A stretch of 64,000 bases of DNA from the human T2T-CHM13v2.0 reference genome, Homo sapiens (GCF_009914755.1 NC_060936.1); one strand, 5' to 3'; counted from the first letter of the stretch, positions 13,140 to 27,266 are shown. Made by a program: numbers and translations. The notes: generated by a model not told the origin, from the letters alone.

Positions 13140-13399
13140 GGTTTTCAGACATTACTCTGAAGACCTGTGTGGGAGTCATGTTTGCATCCTTCTTCAGTAA
13201 TATTAGAAAAATTAAAATAACATAGAACTTTTTAAAACACCAAATTAATTCAAGGCAAAGAGATGTGTTTTGTTCCTAATTATATCCTTTCTACCTTTTT
13301 GGTATTTGTTAAGCTTTTATTGTATTTAATCATGGTCACAGTAGAAGGTAATTTTATCTTCTTTCATCTAGTTTTGTGGCCTATATTTGGCAAATGAAA

Positions 13400-14030
13400 A
13401 TGATGATGACTCAATATTGGCTTTCCATAATTTTGGGTGGAGAAAATATTTACTGACTCATGACATCCAAAGGTCTGGGATCCCTAATTTGACCAACTGC
13501 TATGTCTCATTAGGTAGCCCCCAAGCTGAGCAACCACAGTGAGAAATAAAAGGGACTTCCCTAACCATTTATTTTCTTAAGAGGATAGTGGCTTTGATTC
13601 TGAATGGACTTTTACTACATTTGGCATGCTTTAAAAAAGCTGTTTTGCTGAGGATGAGATGAAGTTTGTTAATTGCACTATGGGTTGCTAAGGGACGTGC
13701 CACTCTGAAGCGCTGCATGCACGTGGCAACTCCTTAGCACCTGTGGCCTAGGGACCTTATCGCCATTATCCCACGCATTCAAAAACACAATACCCACTTG
13801 TTAGTCAAAGCAGCTGACCTAGGAATACCTTCTAAGTCAGTTGAAAAGCTTTGACAATTTTTCAAACAGGAAAATTAGCCAGGTATTGTTCAGAATGGTT
13901 GACCTGTGAATTTGATTTTTATTTGTTTACCTACACAGCCATGACACCAAGTTAGCAATAAGCAGACTTCAGCCAAACATCATGGTTGGTGACATCTGAG
14001 CTGCACATCATCCACCACATTCCAAGCATG
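13400..14030. promoter_or_regulatory. Candidate enhancer (AP-1 x2, FOX, RFX, E-box, TEAD motifs)
   Basis: TGACTCA 13407 and 13454; TATTTAC 13447; GTTGCTAAGGGAC 13684; CACGTG 13720; TGTTTAC about 13924; CATTCCA 14018; no recognisable repeat. Confidence 0.4.
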
Positions 14031-15224
14031 TGTGACCTCCCCCTTCCCCCAATTCCTGTTAGAATAAGTGGAGGCAGGGAGGTCATGGTGAAGGCTTATT
14101 AAAAAAACAATCAGACATAAAACAATTGTTTCCTTGGACTTAGAAGGACGAATTTTCTTTGCCTAAGCAGGAAGCAAGGAAATATTCAGGAGAGGCTATT
14201 GGCCATTCATCATGTCCCTATGGAGACCAGAGTTTATGTGAGTGATACTATTAGATCTACTTTCTCCACCTCTCCCAGACTATTTAAGTTTTGGTCAATT
14301 GCAGCAGAATGAAAGGGAGAAATGTTGAAACTCCAGCAAAGAAAATATATAAGGGCAAACTAGTAGATCAATGCCCTCACCCTCCAGGCCTTAGAACAGA
14401 GAAGACAGTAAATATCACCTACCCATTTCTCATTCATTGATTGGTTCAGTCACAGATGGGCTGACCTCGTCATTCATTGATCCATTGCAAATCAAAAATT
14501 TTAATACTGACTGTTATATGCAAATTATTCTTATCTTCGGACCATGGGATGGAGAGGTAATAAAAATGAGCCCAAAAGGAAAATGCTTTTAGGAAACTTG
14601 TTTTAGTCTGGTGTAGAGACTGTTGGTTTTTGAGGGCCCATGGGTATCTTTTTGGCCTCAAAAGGGCTGAGTAGGTTGGAGGTTTCTATTTCGGAAGAGA
14701 TGAAACAGTCCATCTGGCTGATGAGGGCTCACTCCAGTCTTCATATCTTAAGGGAGAAAAATAAATACATCATTCATGTTTCTTCCTCAGGGCCAGTCAG
14801 TTTCCCAGGGAAGAAAAGCAGATAAATACTTAGGGCATAAGCTTATCTAGGAAGAGTGGGTGTGTCCCCTGGAATTTAAACTCACTGGGGAAGAGAGAAA
14901 AAAAGAGTAATCGCTAGCCACCCTGATTCACCATTAACAGAGTTTGTGTTTATTGATATTAATAATTATTATTGCTTATTGGATATTAACAATTTAAGCA
15001 CATGTTAATGTCTACTCTTATCATCATCACTGGACTGAAAATACAGAAAGTCAAAGCATAGCTCTTACCCTACCAAAAGTTGCTCATTATCTAGTCAGGG
15101 AGGAAGATTGGTCAAAAAAAAGACAGCAGAGTCCTGCTTTCAATTGAGCTTTATAAAACACATGATATGATATAAAATCTTTTCATTCTTCTGGTATGTC
15201 ATTGGAGGGCTGGTTCTATCACAG

Positions 15225-15470
15225 TGAAAATTATAACTGCCATGTGTATTGCATACTTCCTACTTGCCAGAGCCTATTCTAACTACTTTGCATACATTAT
15301 CCCATTTACAACCACGTGAAATAGGCAATGTTATTATTCTAGATTTGCAGATGAGGAAACTGAGTCACAGTTAAATGATTTGCATGAGGTTATACGGCTA
15401 GTAAGTAGTAGAGCTAACATTCATATTCATGTAGAGTGCACTGAAGTTTCCGTGCATAACCAATATGCTA
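15225..15470 (-). mobile_element. MIR SINE
   Basis: ttgcagatgaggaaactgagtcacagttaaatgatttgc...ctagtaagtagtagagc. Confidence 0.85.
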
Positions 15471-15737
15471 TATTGCTTTGCATCTGAGAGATTGTTATGT
15501 CGGAACTATGGCTTAGCAGGCACCAAAGACTGGGCAGAGCAAGCACTTCAGGACAGGTTCTATCAGCCATATCAGCCAGAGATGGTTGTGGGCAATGGGC
15601 TGAGGAGATGTGATGTGCCTTTGGAGGGAGCAAATGTAGCCACATTGACAGATCACAGAAGAAGGAACTAGGTAGTCCTCTAAGCAGGTGAATAATAACA
15701 AAACTAACATATGGATGACTTGCAAATGACTGTGCTC

Positions 15738-16010
15738 ATCAAGTTTATTTGGCTCCGAACAAAATAAACTAAATATAAACCATCTTAAATAAACAAGAGC
15801 ATGTATTAGATAATGAAAGTGAAGTGTCTACGGGTACATTAGCTTCAGGAATAGCTCAATCCAGCTGTTCAAATCAAGAATCTGTTTCTTTACCTCTGAC
15901 ACCTGCTTTTTTTGTTGGCTTTATTCTCAGTTTTTCTTTAGGTAGTAATGTCTTATTGCTTAGCAACCATAGTGGAAAAAAAGTTTCTTTTCTCCAATAG
16001 TTTATTATTT
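15738..16010 (-). mobile_element. Old MLT1 (J/K-type) fragment
   Basis: agcttcaggaatagctcaatccag...tgttggctttattctcag...cttagcaaccatagtggaaaaa. Confidence 0.55.
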
Positions 16011-16203
16011 AATTAGAGTACTTCAGGAAAAGAGAAGAGCAAACAAAACTCTAGGATCTGTTTGGTTGGAGAACACAAGCATTAAATTCCGTGCTGTATA
16101 AATAAGGATGTGTAACACTTGGACCATGCATTTGAAGAGTTAATAGTCAAACTGGGGTAATTGACAGGTTTAAAAATAGCAACAGTGCAGGTTGATTGAC
16201 ACT

Positions 16204-16490
<287 letters not shown>

Positions 16491-19400
16491 TGTACCTGAT
16501 AATAAATTTTAGGGTACACTTGGGGCTTAAAGACATGAATCAGAGAAGGCCTCAGTTGGGAATCAAACCTTTTCTTCAAGGGTGAAAAAGGTAAAGCTTT
16601 CATCATCACACACAGTAAACAAAACTATGGCTGTGATTTCCGTAACAGAGTCTTTGGTAATTGTTTTGTTTTACTTTGTTCACAATAAAACTTGTTGAGA
16701 ATAGCAGGTTATATCTACATCTGCATATTTGCTCAATGATCTGTGGCATCTTCTCATTGATGTGGTGATGAATCTGAAATCCATCAAGAAAGAATGGAAG
16801 AATAAGATTTACTTCACAAAGGTTAACCTTACAATCCAGTGCTGTCATGTTGCTGTGAATAAAGGAACATTTGCTAAGAATTCCCAACTAAAACCACCAA
16901 TCAAGCTCATTGTCTCCTTCTGGCTTGCTCTCTTTCTCCCTTATGCGCTAAAAAAATGATTTATCTTTTAACTTAGCTTTAATTCACAATTTCACAATTA
17001 ATTAAACATCAGCCTAATCATTATACCCACAAAGCATTTAAACTGATGTTAGGAGAATGATGGGGAAATGAATAATGCTTTGAAGGTCCATTTCAAATTA
17101 GTTATTTGATTAATGAATATTTCACAAGGGCATTTGGGAGATGACCTCTGTTGATGACTTAAAGAAAGACAAGTCTGTTTAGGTAATGAGACGACAAAGC
17201 AAGTTTGAGTTATCTCTGGGTGTACGTTGTGTAGAATTACAAGGATTAATCCATACAAAATGTATTACCTTTCCCGTGGCTCGTTGGAGATAACATAGAA
17301 TTGTAAGATCAATAAATAAAGTTTGGCATTTCAAAGATGCTGCTTGATGATAAACTGCAATGTGCACCCCAGACCGCCAGCTATGAGCACAAGCCGCCCA
17401 CCAGAGGCTTATGAAAGAAAGCTGGGCTTGTTCCTGATAAGGCCTGCGGTGGGGCGGGCTGTTTGCCTCATAAACTCTCCATAATCCCTCCTAGCACCTG
17501 ACCTTTCGATTTCTTAGATGTAGAGGAAAAAAATTGGTTGTCACCAGCTTCCTATATATTCAAACAAATAAGAAACAGCTTACCTTGTTTTGTGGTTTAG
17601 AAGGAGCCTTTTCTCAGCAGTTTCATGATCAAAAGCACATATTGCAAGAGGGAATCAAATATAGGTCAAAGACGCTGACTGCAGCACACGATAAGAATAG
17701 GACAATGAGGAGGAGGTGGTGTAATCACAACCAGCCTGCCTTCTTTGGCAAGAAGCACTTATGGCAATCTCACTGTCCTCATCTTGGACAGTTAAGTTAC
17801 TTTTCATTCTTAATTATGTTAAATCTTAGAACAGTCAAAGCTGAATCAAACATGGAGGTCATCAGGGTCCCAAAAGGATTGGAGTTATTTGAACATGAAG
17901 CAAATACTAGAAAAGGTTTAATTTTTATGGTAAGCAACATAGCACTTGTTTTCCTCCTGAGTTTTTCTTTTTGTCTTGAAATTATGGAAGTGACTCTCCA
18001 AAGGCAGGGTTTCTGTTCATTCCACAGATAATAATCCAAAGCCTCCTATTGCTAAATCCCTTCCTCATAGCAAGTTGAGAACTTGAACTCTTACGGACCC
18101 TGGGGGATCCCTAGATACCCAGTACAGAGGATTAAAGCAGAGCTTCTGGTTGCAACACACAGGGCAGGTGAGTGGGGCCAGGCTCCAGAGCCCACCTTCC
18201 CCCGAAGTATAAAGGATGAGTTAACATCTTCTAAAACCATCTATTAAGCCATTCTAAATGACTTTAACTCTAAGGAAAGAAAGACAAATACCCCTTTAGA
18301 AACAGGAGAATTTATGACATGGCTTGGACTTTAAGATTCTACTTCGGGGTAGTAGAAATTTTTGAAATTATAAGATTAACTGTTCAGCTTTAGCCAAGTC
18401 ACTTAGTGTCTCTCCTGTAAAAATGCAAGCACTTTTCCAGCTTAGAATTTCCTTTCAGTTCAAAACCTCTCTTCTCCTAAGGTTTATTCCTCTACATGGG
18501 AGAAAAACAATTCAGGAATCATGGCATTAAAATTGTGTGTAGTCATTGCCATGTGACCGTTAGGGAAACAGATTTTTAGCCTTTTGAGTGGTTGTTTCTC
18601 AGAATCTGAGTCCTCAATTTTTTATTTTCATATGTACTTTAACATAAATCACTCAACAGGAAGTTATTTGTTACAGCTTGCATTTATCTGCACTCACTTC
18701 CAAATATTATTTGAGACCCAAGTTTCTCATATCATTTCCAGCATTGCGTCATGATTTCAGTGCTTCTTGGCATATTTTGTTTTGGGCTTGAAATATTCTA
18801 GCTCATGCATTTCTAAGGTTATTGGCTAGGGAAAATCCTTGCTTTAATTTAGCCTTATAAAGAATCATCTCATGCTGAAGATCTCCCATATAACCTTCCT
18901 CCAGGAGATGATTTAAAAGTCAAATGACACGACAAGACTGGCTCTCATTTTTCCTTTTCAAGTCCAGAAAGGCTTTCTCGAAATATTTGGCATCCTACTC
19001 TCTGGCAAAGCAGCATCCGGGAATTGCTCAGGATGTCAAGCACTTCTTGGTTTCGTTTCTCTTGCTCTTTTTTTTCTCACAAATGGAGACATCCTTGCCC
19101 TTGGAATCAATTCAGGCTTGGGACTAAGGGATTTGAATAAGTCTAGTACCTCTCTCTGGGCCTCATTGTGTCTTCCTCAACATGCCTTTAGTTTGGACTT
19201 TGTGTCCTGCTCTAATGACTGATTATATACCATTGTCCTTTCACATTTGTGTCTTCCTGAGAGCTATGGTGTCCTGCTCCTTGAACCGATGACTAATGAC
19301 TAGAAATCTCATATTATGACCTGAAACTTTCCTGATGGCAGCCACTTGCCTGGCTTTGTTTAAAAAAAAAAAAAAAAATCTTGTTCTGTTTCAGAAGCGG

Positions 19401-21389
19401 GTTAGATCTCTTCAAGAGTGCCCTCAGGGATGGCAAGTCACCAAGACTCCAGAAATCTGAACACTTCCTCATTTGTAGCTGACTTTACATTTCTAACTTT
19501 GGCTGCCCCTGGAATTCATTTCTTGACACTAGTCCAAATCAGAATTGGTGCCTGGTTTTAACATCCTAGTTGATTCCATCCTCACCATCATGCATTACAA
19601 TTTCAACAAAGGGCAACACTCTCTTATGCAAATAACATAAGTATTTTCCTTGTTATAAATTGATCAACGTGTAAATTCTTTTTGTTTTACTGTTTGTTGA
19701 TAAACTACACCACCTTTCAGGGTCTGTATGGGGACCGAGATTTAACAACACAGATAAAATTGGACTGTGACAATCTCAGGTTAGGTTCTTATAAATGCAG
19801 CTGTTGTGCTGCCAGATTAGCCATCATCATATCTTGATGCTTCCACTTCTTGCTGAGAAAGACTACTCCCTCTATCAGCAAGCTCACTATTAGGTATGTC
19901 TGGTTTCTTGTTTTAGGGCCTCTCTTTCTGGCCCTAGTCCAACCAGCTACACCCTACTTGTCCACATGCAAATAATGCCAAGAAACCTGATGGGAAAATC
20001 AGATTGACATAAGGCAGCTTTGCTAACAAGAAATGCTGTATTTTTCAAAAATTTGAATGCTGCCAGTATCATTCCCCTTCCCCACTTATGCCTATTCTAT
20101 ACCATGTTTTCCTTTCATATATGGTGCTACCTTCTCATTAGTATCCCAGTAGGAAAGAGCCTTCATGGAGAAAGGATGCTGACCAAAGTTGTCCCTGTAG
20201 AAACCTCTTTCCCTACTTGCATTTTCATGACTGAAACCTGTGGTTATATTTGCTACCTACCCTTTATCACCTGGATTTTCATGAAAAAGATATATTTGAG
20301 AAGTAAATATGATAGGAATCTAAAAAGACCAGAAAGTGTACTTCAGGACTGAATCTCCAGCAGAGAGAAGGTGTTTGGCAGAGTAGTTGCAATCTTTGTT
20401 CAGAAATGGACCCAATTCAGAGGGCTTTTAGTGTAGTAAATCACACACTTGATAATCATCAGACATGTTTTTTACAGTGAACTATCATTGTGAATCCTAT
20501 TTTAAGACACTAAATTTATTGTCCCCACTCTGTAAAAGTTCAAAATCAGGGCTATTGTGAGTTTATCATACCTTTAAAATTGGTGAGTCCTCCCCGCCTC
20601 TCCCATGCCCAATCCCTAAAGCAAAAGACATTTTTGCACATACAGATACAATACACAACAAGAATCCTTAAGATTTTAGCATATGGCAAATGTTAAATTT
20701 GGCCTGTGGAGTAACACCTCCTAAGGAAAAGAGAAGTGAGGGAGCTTTACTGCATAGTCTTCAGTGCAAACCTGCAAAAGTCCTGGGGTCATGGGTGATT
20801 GTGTGAAGTGAGTTGAGCTTGTCTCGCTTCGGATCTATTTTTCTTGGACTGTCTGAAGTCAGGTACTTATTGGGGTTTGGATGTAAAGAAAGACAGTCTC
20901 TAGCATCCCTGGGATCCTTGGCTGTGAGTATTGTGATTTTGGATGGCGCAATTAATCTATTTCTAGCAATTCTTTTTCTTCTTGGACAGGTTCTTAGGAT
21001 TTGGGTGCAAAAATGAAAGTGGAAGTAGGGGGAGGGTGCAATACAGTGATTTATACCTTATGTTTGTGGGTTATCTTCAAGCCATTATTTTTGTTCCTTT
21101 TTAAGTAACTGAGATCCTCCCAGAGAAGAAAGAATATAGATAACCTCTTACATTATGGTGCCACTGAAAGGACTTGTTCGAGCACATTTCATTGCAAAGC
21201 ACAAAAACCTTCCTAATTAAAAACACAGAAGGGGTCCTAGGACCTACTTGTAGGAAGTTCAACTATGCTTTATACTTGCTGGTTCTGGGAACATAAAGAG
21301 TCAAGATGTTTTTTCTGCAAACTCTCTTTCTCTGCTTGCCCACGGTCCAACAAGATTTTAATCTTCCCATATTCCTATTACAGTTTGCT

Positions 21390-21520
21390 CGGCTCAAATT
21401 TGGAAGTGTTTCCAGTATCAACGAGCTCTGGTCAGGAGGGATTCTTGTATGCCCAAACCTCAGCACAATGCTGAGCACACAGTCAGTATGCAATATATTT
21501 ATATCAAACGAATTAATGAA
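21390..21520 (+). mobile_element. L2 3' end
   Basis: cctcagcacaatgctgagcacacagtcagtatgcaatatatt...gaattaatgaat. Confidence 0.65.
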
Positions 21521-21934
21521 TCAAATAATCTTTAAATACATTAGAGAGATATCCCTGCAAAATCTCTTCACTCAAAATATCAAGAAAGCAATGATCTCAA
21601 GGAAAATAAAAATAGACTTAAATGAGGAACAGGCACAAAAGTTCACTAATGCGAAGACCTCTGACATACTCGGGATGGTGCTACAGAGGGAGGCAGAACA
21701 GAGAAATAGGCCAAAAGATGTTGGACGTAAGGTTATTCCTCATAGAGGAGTATGATATTGCAAGAGACCCCCCAAAAGCAGTCTAACATACTGGCTTCAT
21801 GTTTTAGTCAGAAGAATCGTGTCTTAAAAGAAGATACTCAAAAGAGGACTACAAAAGACAACATAAAGCTTGATTAGTGTAGAAAACATTTTTGCACAGT
21901 TAGACTTCCAAACATACTCCATGGAGATGTCCCC

Positions 21935-22355
21935 AAATAAAGACTCCCTGTTCGGCCAAGTTTAGTCAGCTTCCTCTGAGTCCTCTTCTTGACTAGGCTT
22001 CAATTTTTAGCAAGAATCCCGCTAAGTCATGTTGGCTATAATCTCTCCCCTTTGATATCAAATTCCTCACCCACTCCTCTTGATACCTAAGTTATTGGCC
22101 CACCTTTAGCAAGCATCCTGTTAGGCCAGTTTAGCAATAATCCATCCTCCCATCCTTGATATCTCGTCTTGGTAATTTTCCAACTACTGACCCCCTCACT
22201 CTGGCTATCAGTCCTCAATTGTCTTTGCTGTATTTAGCATTGAGTTAAACTCCTTTATCTTATTGCAATATTTTTCACCCCTATTACAATAGCCTTAAAT
22301 AAAATCTTTCTCACCTTTTTTTTTTTAAAGTGTCAGAATAACTTTTTCTTTGACA
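21935..22355 (+). mobile_element. ERV1 solo LTR, MER31-type
   Basis: aaagactc...ccaagtttagtcagcttcctctgagtcctcttc...tttagcaagaatcc...aataaa...ttctttgaca; TCCCC on both flanks. Confidence 0.8.
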
Positions 22356-22985
22356 TCCCCTCTTTACTCACTAGTCATTCTTCCTCCCAGGCTGCCTTTT
22401 CTGACCTCTGAAAAAAGAGGGACAGTGGCTGCTTCTTCCTGTAGCACCATCCAGAATATTTCACAGAGGTTCTCACACTAGTGAGATTTTCTGGCTGCTC
22501 CTCATTCAAGGGAGACTTGGTTTTCTTTGAGACCATGGCTTCCCTGATATTTTGTGAAATGATATTTTGTGACGATATTTTTCTAATTCATTTATAGATT
22601 ATTTGACTCATTTATTCATTCATTTGACAAAAATATCTTGAGTGCCTACTATTTTCTCATCATCATGCTGGAAATTAGGCATACAAAAATTTGTAAAACT
22701 CATAGTCATGTATTTTTTAGGTTAATTTTAAATTAACTTTTAAATTGTTTAAAATAATTTAAGCAATATATTAGCAAAAATCTAATACCGTCATGCACAG
22801 CCCTGCTCTCTCACCTGTAATCTCCCTCCCCGGAGAGATTCTTGCGATTTTTCTCCAAATTCAAACATAAGGGAAGAGGTACAGGAGGGTCAACCAGATT
22901 TTCTCCTCTGCAATTTGAAACGGAGACCTCATGGCTATTTCATCTTCATGTCTTTCATTGAAAGTTTTAACCTAATCCTGATGTC

Positions 22986-23436
22986 TGTGAGAGGAAAATA
23001 AAAACTCAGGACTCCAATTCACTATGCCAAAAGAAAAAATTAAGCTGAAAACGGTGTCATGCAAGAAGCTGCCTTGCCTTTTGTTCCTTAGCAAACAGCT
23101 ACAGATAAAAGGTTAAATTGTTCCCACAAGTAGTACTCTTGTGTTCCCCTTATCTTAGATAAGGTGCTGGTTTACTGAGCATGAGATGAATACACAATTA
23201 ACTATTACCCTACTCCCTCCTTTTCTCTTGCAACATGTGGATTACCATACCCTCCCTCTTTTCCCTCCAGCCCATTTTTCCCCTTTAAATACTGAAGATC
23301 TCAAAATCATCTTGGAAGAAACAGACCCCAGACTATTTCTGTGATTCTATGTTTATTTCTTCCAGGCATGTCTTAAACTTGGCAAAACAAACTTCTAAAT
23401 TAATTGACAGCTATCTCAGATAGTTTTTGGTTTACA
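22986..23436 (+). mobile_element. ERV1 solo LTR, MER4 family (MER4C-like)
   Basis: tgtgagaggaaaataaaaactcaggactcc...aacttctaaattaattgac...tttggtttaca; perfect 4-bp TSD TGTC. Confidence 0.85.
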
Positions 23437-23777
23437 TGTCAAAGGAGTCAACCTTTATGTACAGTGTCTAGCACGCTGTAGGTGCTTCATAAACATTTGC
23501 TGAATGAGTCATCCTCCATACAGACACCTTGGCTAATCCAAGAGCACCTGCTACTCACATGGAAACTTCTATACCTACTTTGCCATCAATGACAGTTCTC
23601 TCATCTGACCTACTCTTGTATAATAAATACACCCTTGTGTGTATATTTTCCATACTATTTTGTTAATCTTGTCTTATACGTATATCATGTCTTTCAACTA
23701 GAATAAAACCTTCTTGAGTGTTCAAGGGTGCAGCTTACGTTGACAATGTGCCAGACTTTGGACCAGGTCCTGGGGAA

Positions 23778-24040
23778 GTGATAATAGTCACACACATACT
23801 TCTTTGAGAACTTCAAGTGAACTAACTCATTTAATTCTCATTACAACTCCATAAGGCAGGTACTATTATTAGCAACATTTTGCTGCAAGAAAACTGAGAC
23901 ACATGGAGGTAACTTGCCTTAGCCTATCCAGCCAGTAAGTGGTGGACACACAAAGTAACTTGCCTAAGCCTATCCTGCCAGTAAGTGGTAGAGCCAGGTT
24001 TCAAATCCACAGGGTTCAACTCCAGATTCCACGCTACTGG
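23778..24040 (-). mobile_element. MIR SINE with an internal ~46-bp tandem duplication
   Basis: ctcatttaattctcattacaactccataaggcaggtactatt; gtaacttgcct(t/a)agcctatcc(a/t)gccagtaagtggt at 23909 and 23955. Confidence 0.85.
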
Positions 24041-24946
24041 TGAGGTCTCTGTTTTAAAGTCTGACTCATGGTAAGTAATAAATACTTTCTGGTAAATTAA
24101 TTTGAATATATGGAAAGATCACATTTTCCCACCATTCACTCAATCTTAAAAGAACTGTGTTGGAGAACATAGGTTGGCAAGTTTGACATCTTTTTAGCTG
24201 GTTTGCTTGAAGAGACGCCTGCTGTTCTGGAAATAACTTCAGCATGACATTGTGTTTTGCCAGCCTCCCAGCTAATTTAAACCGTGTGGGTCACAACTAT
24301 AAATGCTCTGTCCTTTTTCTTGTCGGGATTCTGAATTTGCAGGGCTTACATAAGTAGATGTTGTTAAGGCAAGAATGAGAGATGATTTGATTCGGGTATA
24401 TTTGCTCAGGAAGGGAGTGCAATAGAGAATTAGCCCTGAGGGGAAGGACATCCGATATCAGTTTTTCATTTTCCAGATAATTCACTGTGCCTCTAAGCAA
24501 GTCATTTTACTTCTGTCTGCCTATGCGCCCTTCTCTAAAATGTGTGAGATAATTCCTATGCCTCCCGGAAGCAGATCAAGAGGCTAGATTATTTAAATAC
24601 CAGAAAAAATAGGATAAAAAATTCTATGATTACATGCTCTTACAATACTACACAACAGCAGATTTACAAAAAGTTTGAAAGACTCAATACCTTGAAGCAG
24701 CAGGCAGCACATCCACAAGATTAAGGTAAGCGGGGCTGCTTACCTACTTATAGGCACCTGCTCTGGATCCCTGAAGTTCAACAGAAATAGCCTTTCAGAG
24801 TCTCTTCTAGAGGTACCAATATAAAATATCAGGAGGGGCTTTACTTCAGAATCTCACGAATACAAAAGAAATTGTTTAGAATGACATGAATACACATTAC
24901 AAACAGACTAGAACATTATTATATGTACATAAAAAATGACAAATTC

Positions 24947-25250
24947 AGCCAGATGCGGTGGCTCACGCCTATAATCCCAGCACTTTGGGAGGCCAAGGTG
25001 GGCAGATCACGAGGTCAGGAGATCGAGACCATCCTGGCCAACATGGTGAAACCCCATCTCTACTAAAAATACAAAAACTAGCTGGGCGTGGTAGTGTGTG
25101 CCTGTAATCCTAGCTACTCAGGAGGCTGAGGCAGGAGAGTCACTTGAACCAGGGAGTCAGAGGTTGCAGTGAGCCGAGATCGTGCCACAGCACTCCAGCT
25201 TGGCGACAGAGCCAGGCTCCATCTCAAAAAAATAAATAAATAAATAAAAA
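24947..25250 (+). mobile_element. AluSc-like, full length
   Basis: gatcacgaggtcaggagatcgagaccatcctggccaacatgg; (AAAT)n tail. Confidence 0.97.
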
Positions 25251-25342
25251 TGTAAAGTCTATGCACATGAGGTTCTAAAAAACCTCAATAAATAAACTAC
25301 CAGTTTTTCCTTACTTAGAAACTGATGACAACGCTTAACTAA

Positions 25343-25708
<366 letters not shown>

Positions 25709-25752
25709 TTTTATGGATGCTTTATTGAGATTTTATGGATTCTTTATTGAGA
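25709..25752. repeat. 22-bp tandem duplication next to the Alu 5' end
   Basis: ttttatggat(g/t)ctttattgaga x2. Confidence 0.9.
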
Positions 25753-26377
25753 TTCTCCTGGTTTTGCATGTGTGTTTCTCATAACCTGTGCTGAGGCTGG
25801 TAGTTTCTTAGTTTCTTTGCATTATTCCGTATTACTTTTTGTACATGGTTTTCAGTCTCTGTTGATGTGTTGGTAGAAGGTTCATTCTAAGTGACATTTA
25901 TCCATTGATAGGGAATTCAATGCCCTCCAACAGGCTCCCCAAGATGCCTATAGTCATAATGTTCTACTCCCAGACTCCTATGTCTAAGCCCCTCTGTTTT
26001 ATTTGCTTTCTGTTGTGCAGTGTGGTAAGGAGACATATTTACTCATCTAGTTGGGAGCCAAGTTGAAGACAAAGACTCATTGTTTAGTACCTTCAAAATG
26101 CCATTATTCAACATAGCCCTGAAGTTGCAAACAAAAGCAAAACCAAACATCTTTATGCCTAATATTATCATACCTGTTATCATTTTCTTTATTGCCTTAA
26201 TATCAATATGCCTAGGGGATCTTGACTTTCATCTGGATAATGAAATACAAAACCTGTTGCATGTGTAAGAAACTGATGAAGTAGAGGGAGGAATGGAGAG
26301 ATAACTTCAGGAAGTGAAGGAGAACAAACTAAGTTGAATATCATATCTGGTTTTGCATTAGGGTTGTGGTTGTTTTC

Positions 26378-26391
26378 TTTTTTCTTTTCTT

Positions 26392-26451
<60 letters not shown>

Positions 26452-26575
26452 GAGACAGAGTCTTGCTCTGTCGCCCAGGCCTGTCGCGCCGTCTGGCTTA
26501 CTGCAACCTCTGCCTACTGGGTTCAAGCCATTCTCCTGCCTCAGCCTCCTGAGTAGCTGGGATTATAGGCACCCA
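26378..26575 (-). mobile_element. 5'-truncated Alu (right arm only) with a (TG)n run in its tail
   Basis: tgagacagagtcttgctctgtcgcccagg...gggattataggcacc; TSD ttgtgg(t/c)tgttttc (26364 / 26578); (TG)n 26396-26450. Confidence 0.9.
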
Positions 26576-26883
26576 GATTGTGGCTGTTTTCCAGTTTCCT
26601 TCCATCTGAGGAAATACATATTTGTGATGTACCTTTGATGCAGGGAATTATTTTTGTTTACTTCTATCCCATTCCAATGATTCAACATTTTTCACAGTCA
26701 TCAGGAGTTGTTTGGAATGTGAGAAAAAAGAATAAATTTCACACTTGAAATTCTGTGGAATAAGAGGGATGGATTAGCTAAGGAAGAGATCCAAATACAC
26801 TCACCACATAGCTTTCAGACTGGGCTGTTATATTTCAAAGTATACACAGGTATGCTAGTATATGTTATAAATGATGAAGGGTT

Positions 26884-27266
<383 letters not shown>

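Noticed and set aside
13380-13390. CArG box
   Set aside because: CC(W)7GG has seven central bases rather than six.
17534-18031. Longest ORF (165 aa)
   Set aside because: TTG start, no recognisable domain, non-coding-like composition; length compatible with chance in 64 kb across six frames.
19361-19378. Isolated poly(A) run as a retrocopy tail
   Set aside because: No upstream AATAAA, no clear TSD and no recognisable mRNA sequence.
21306-21755. 149-aa ORF
   Set aside because: Runs through an L2 3' tail; no recognisable protein.
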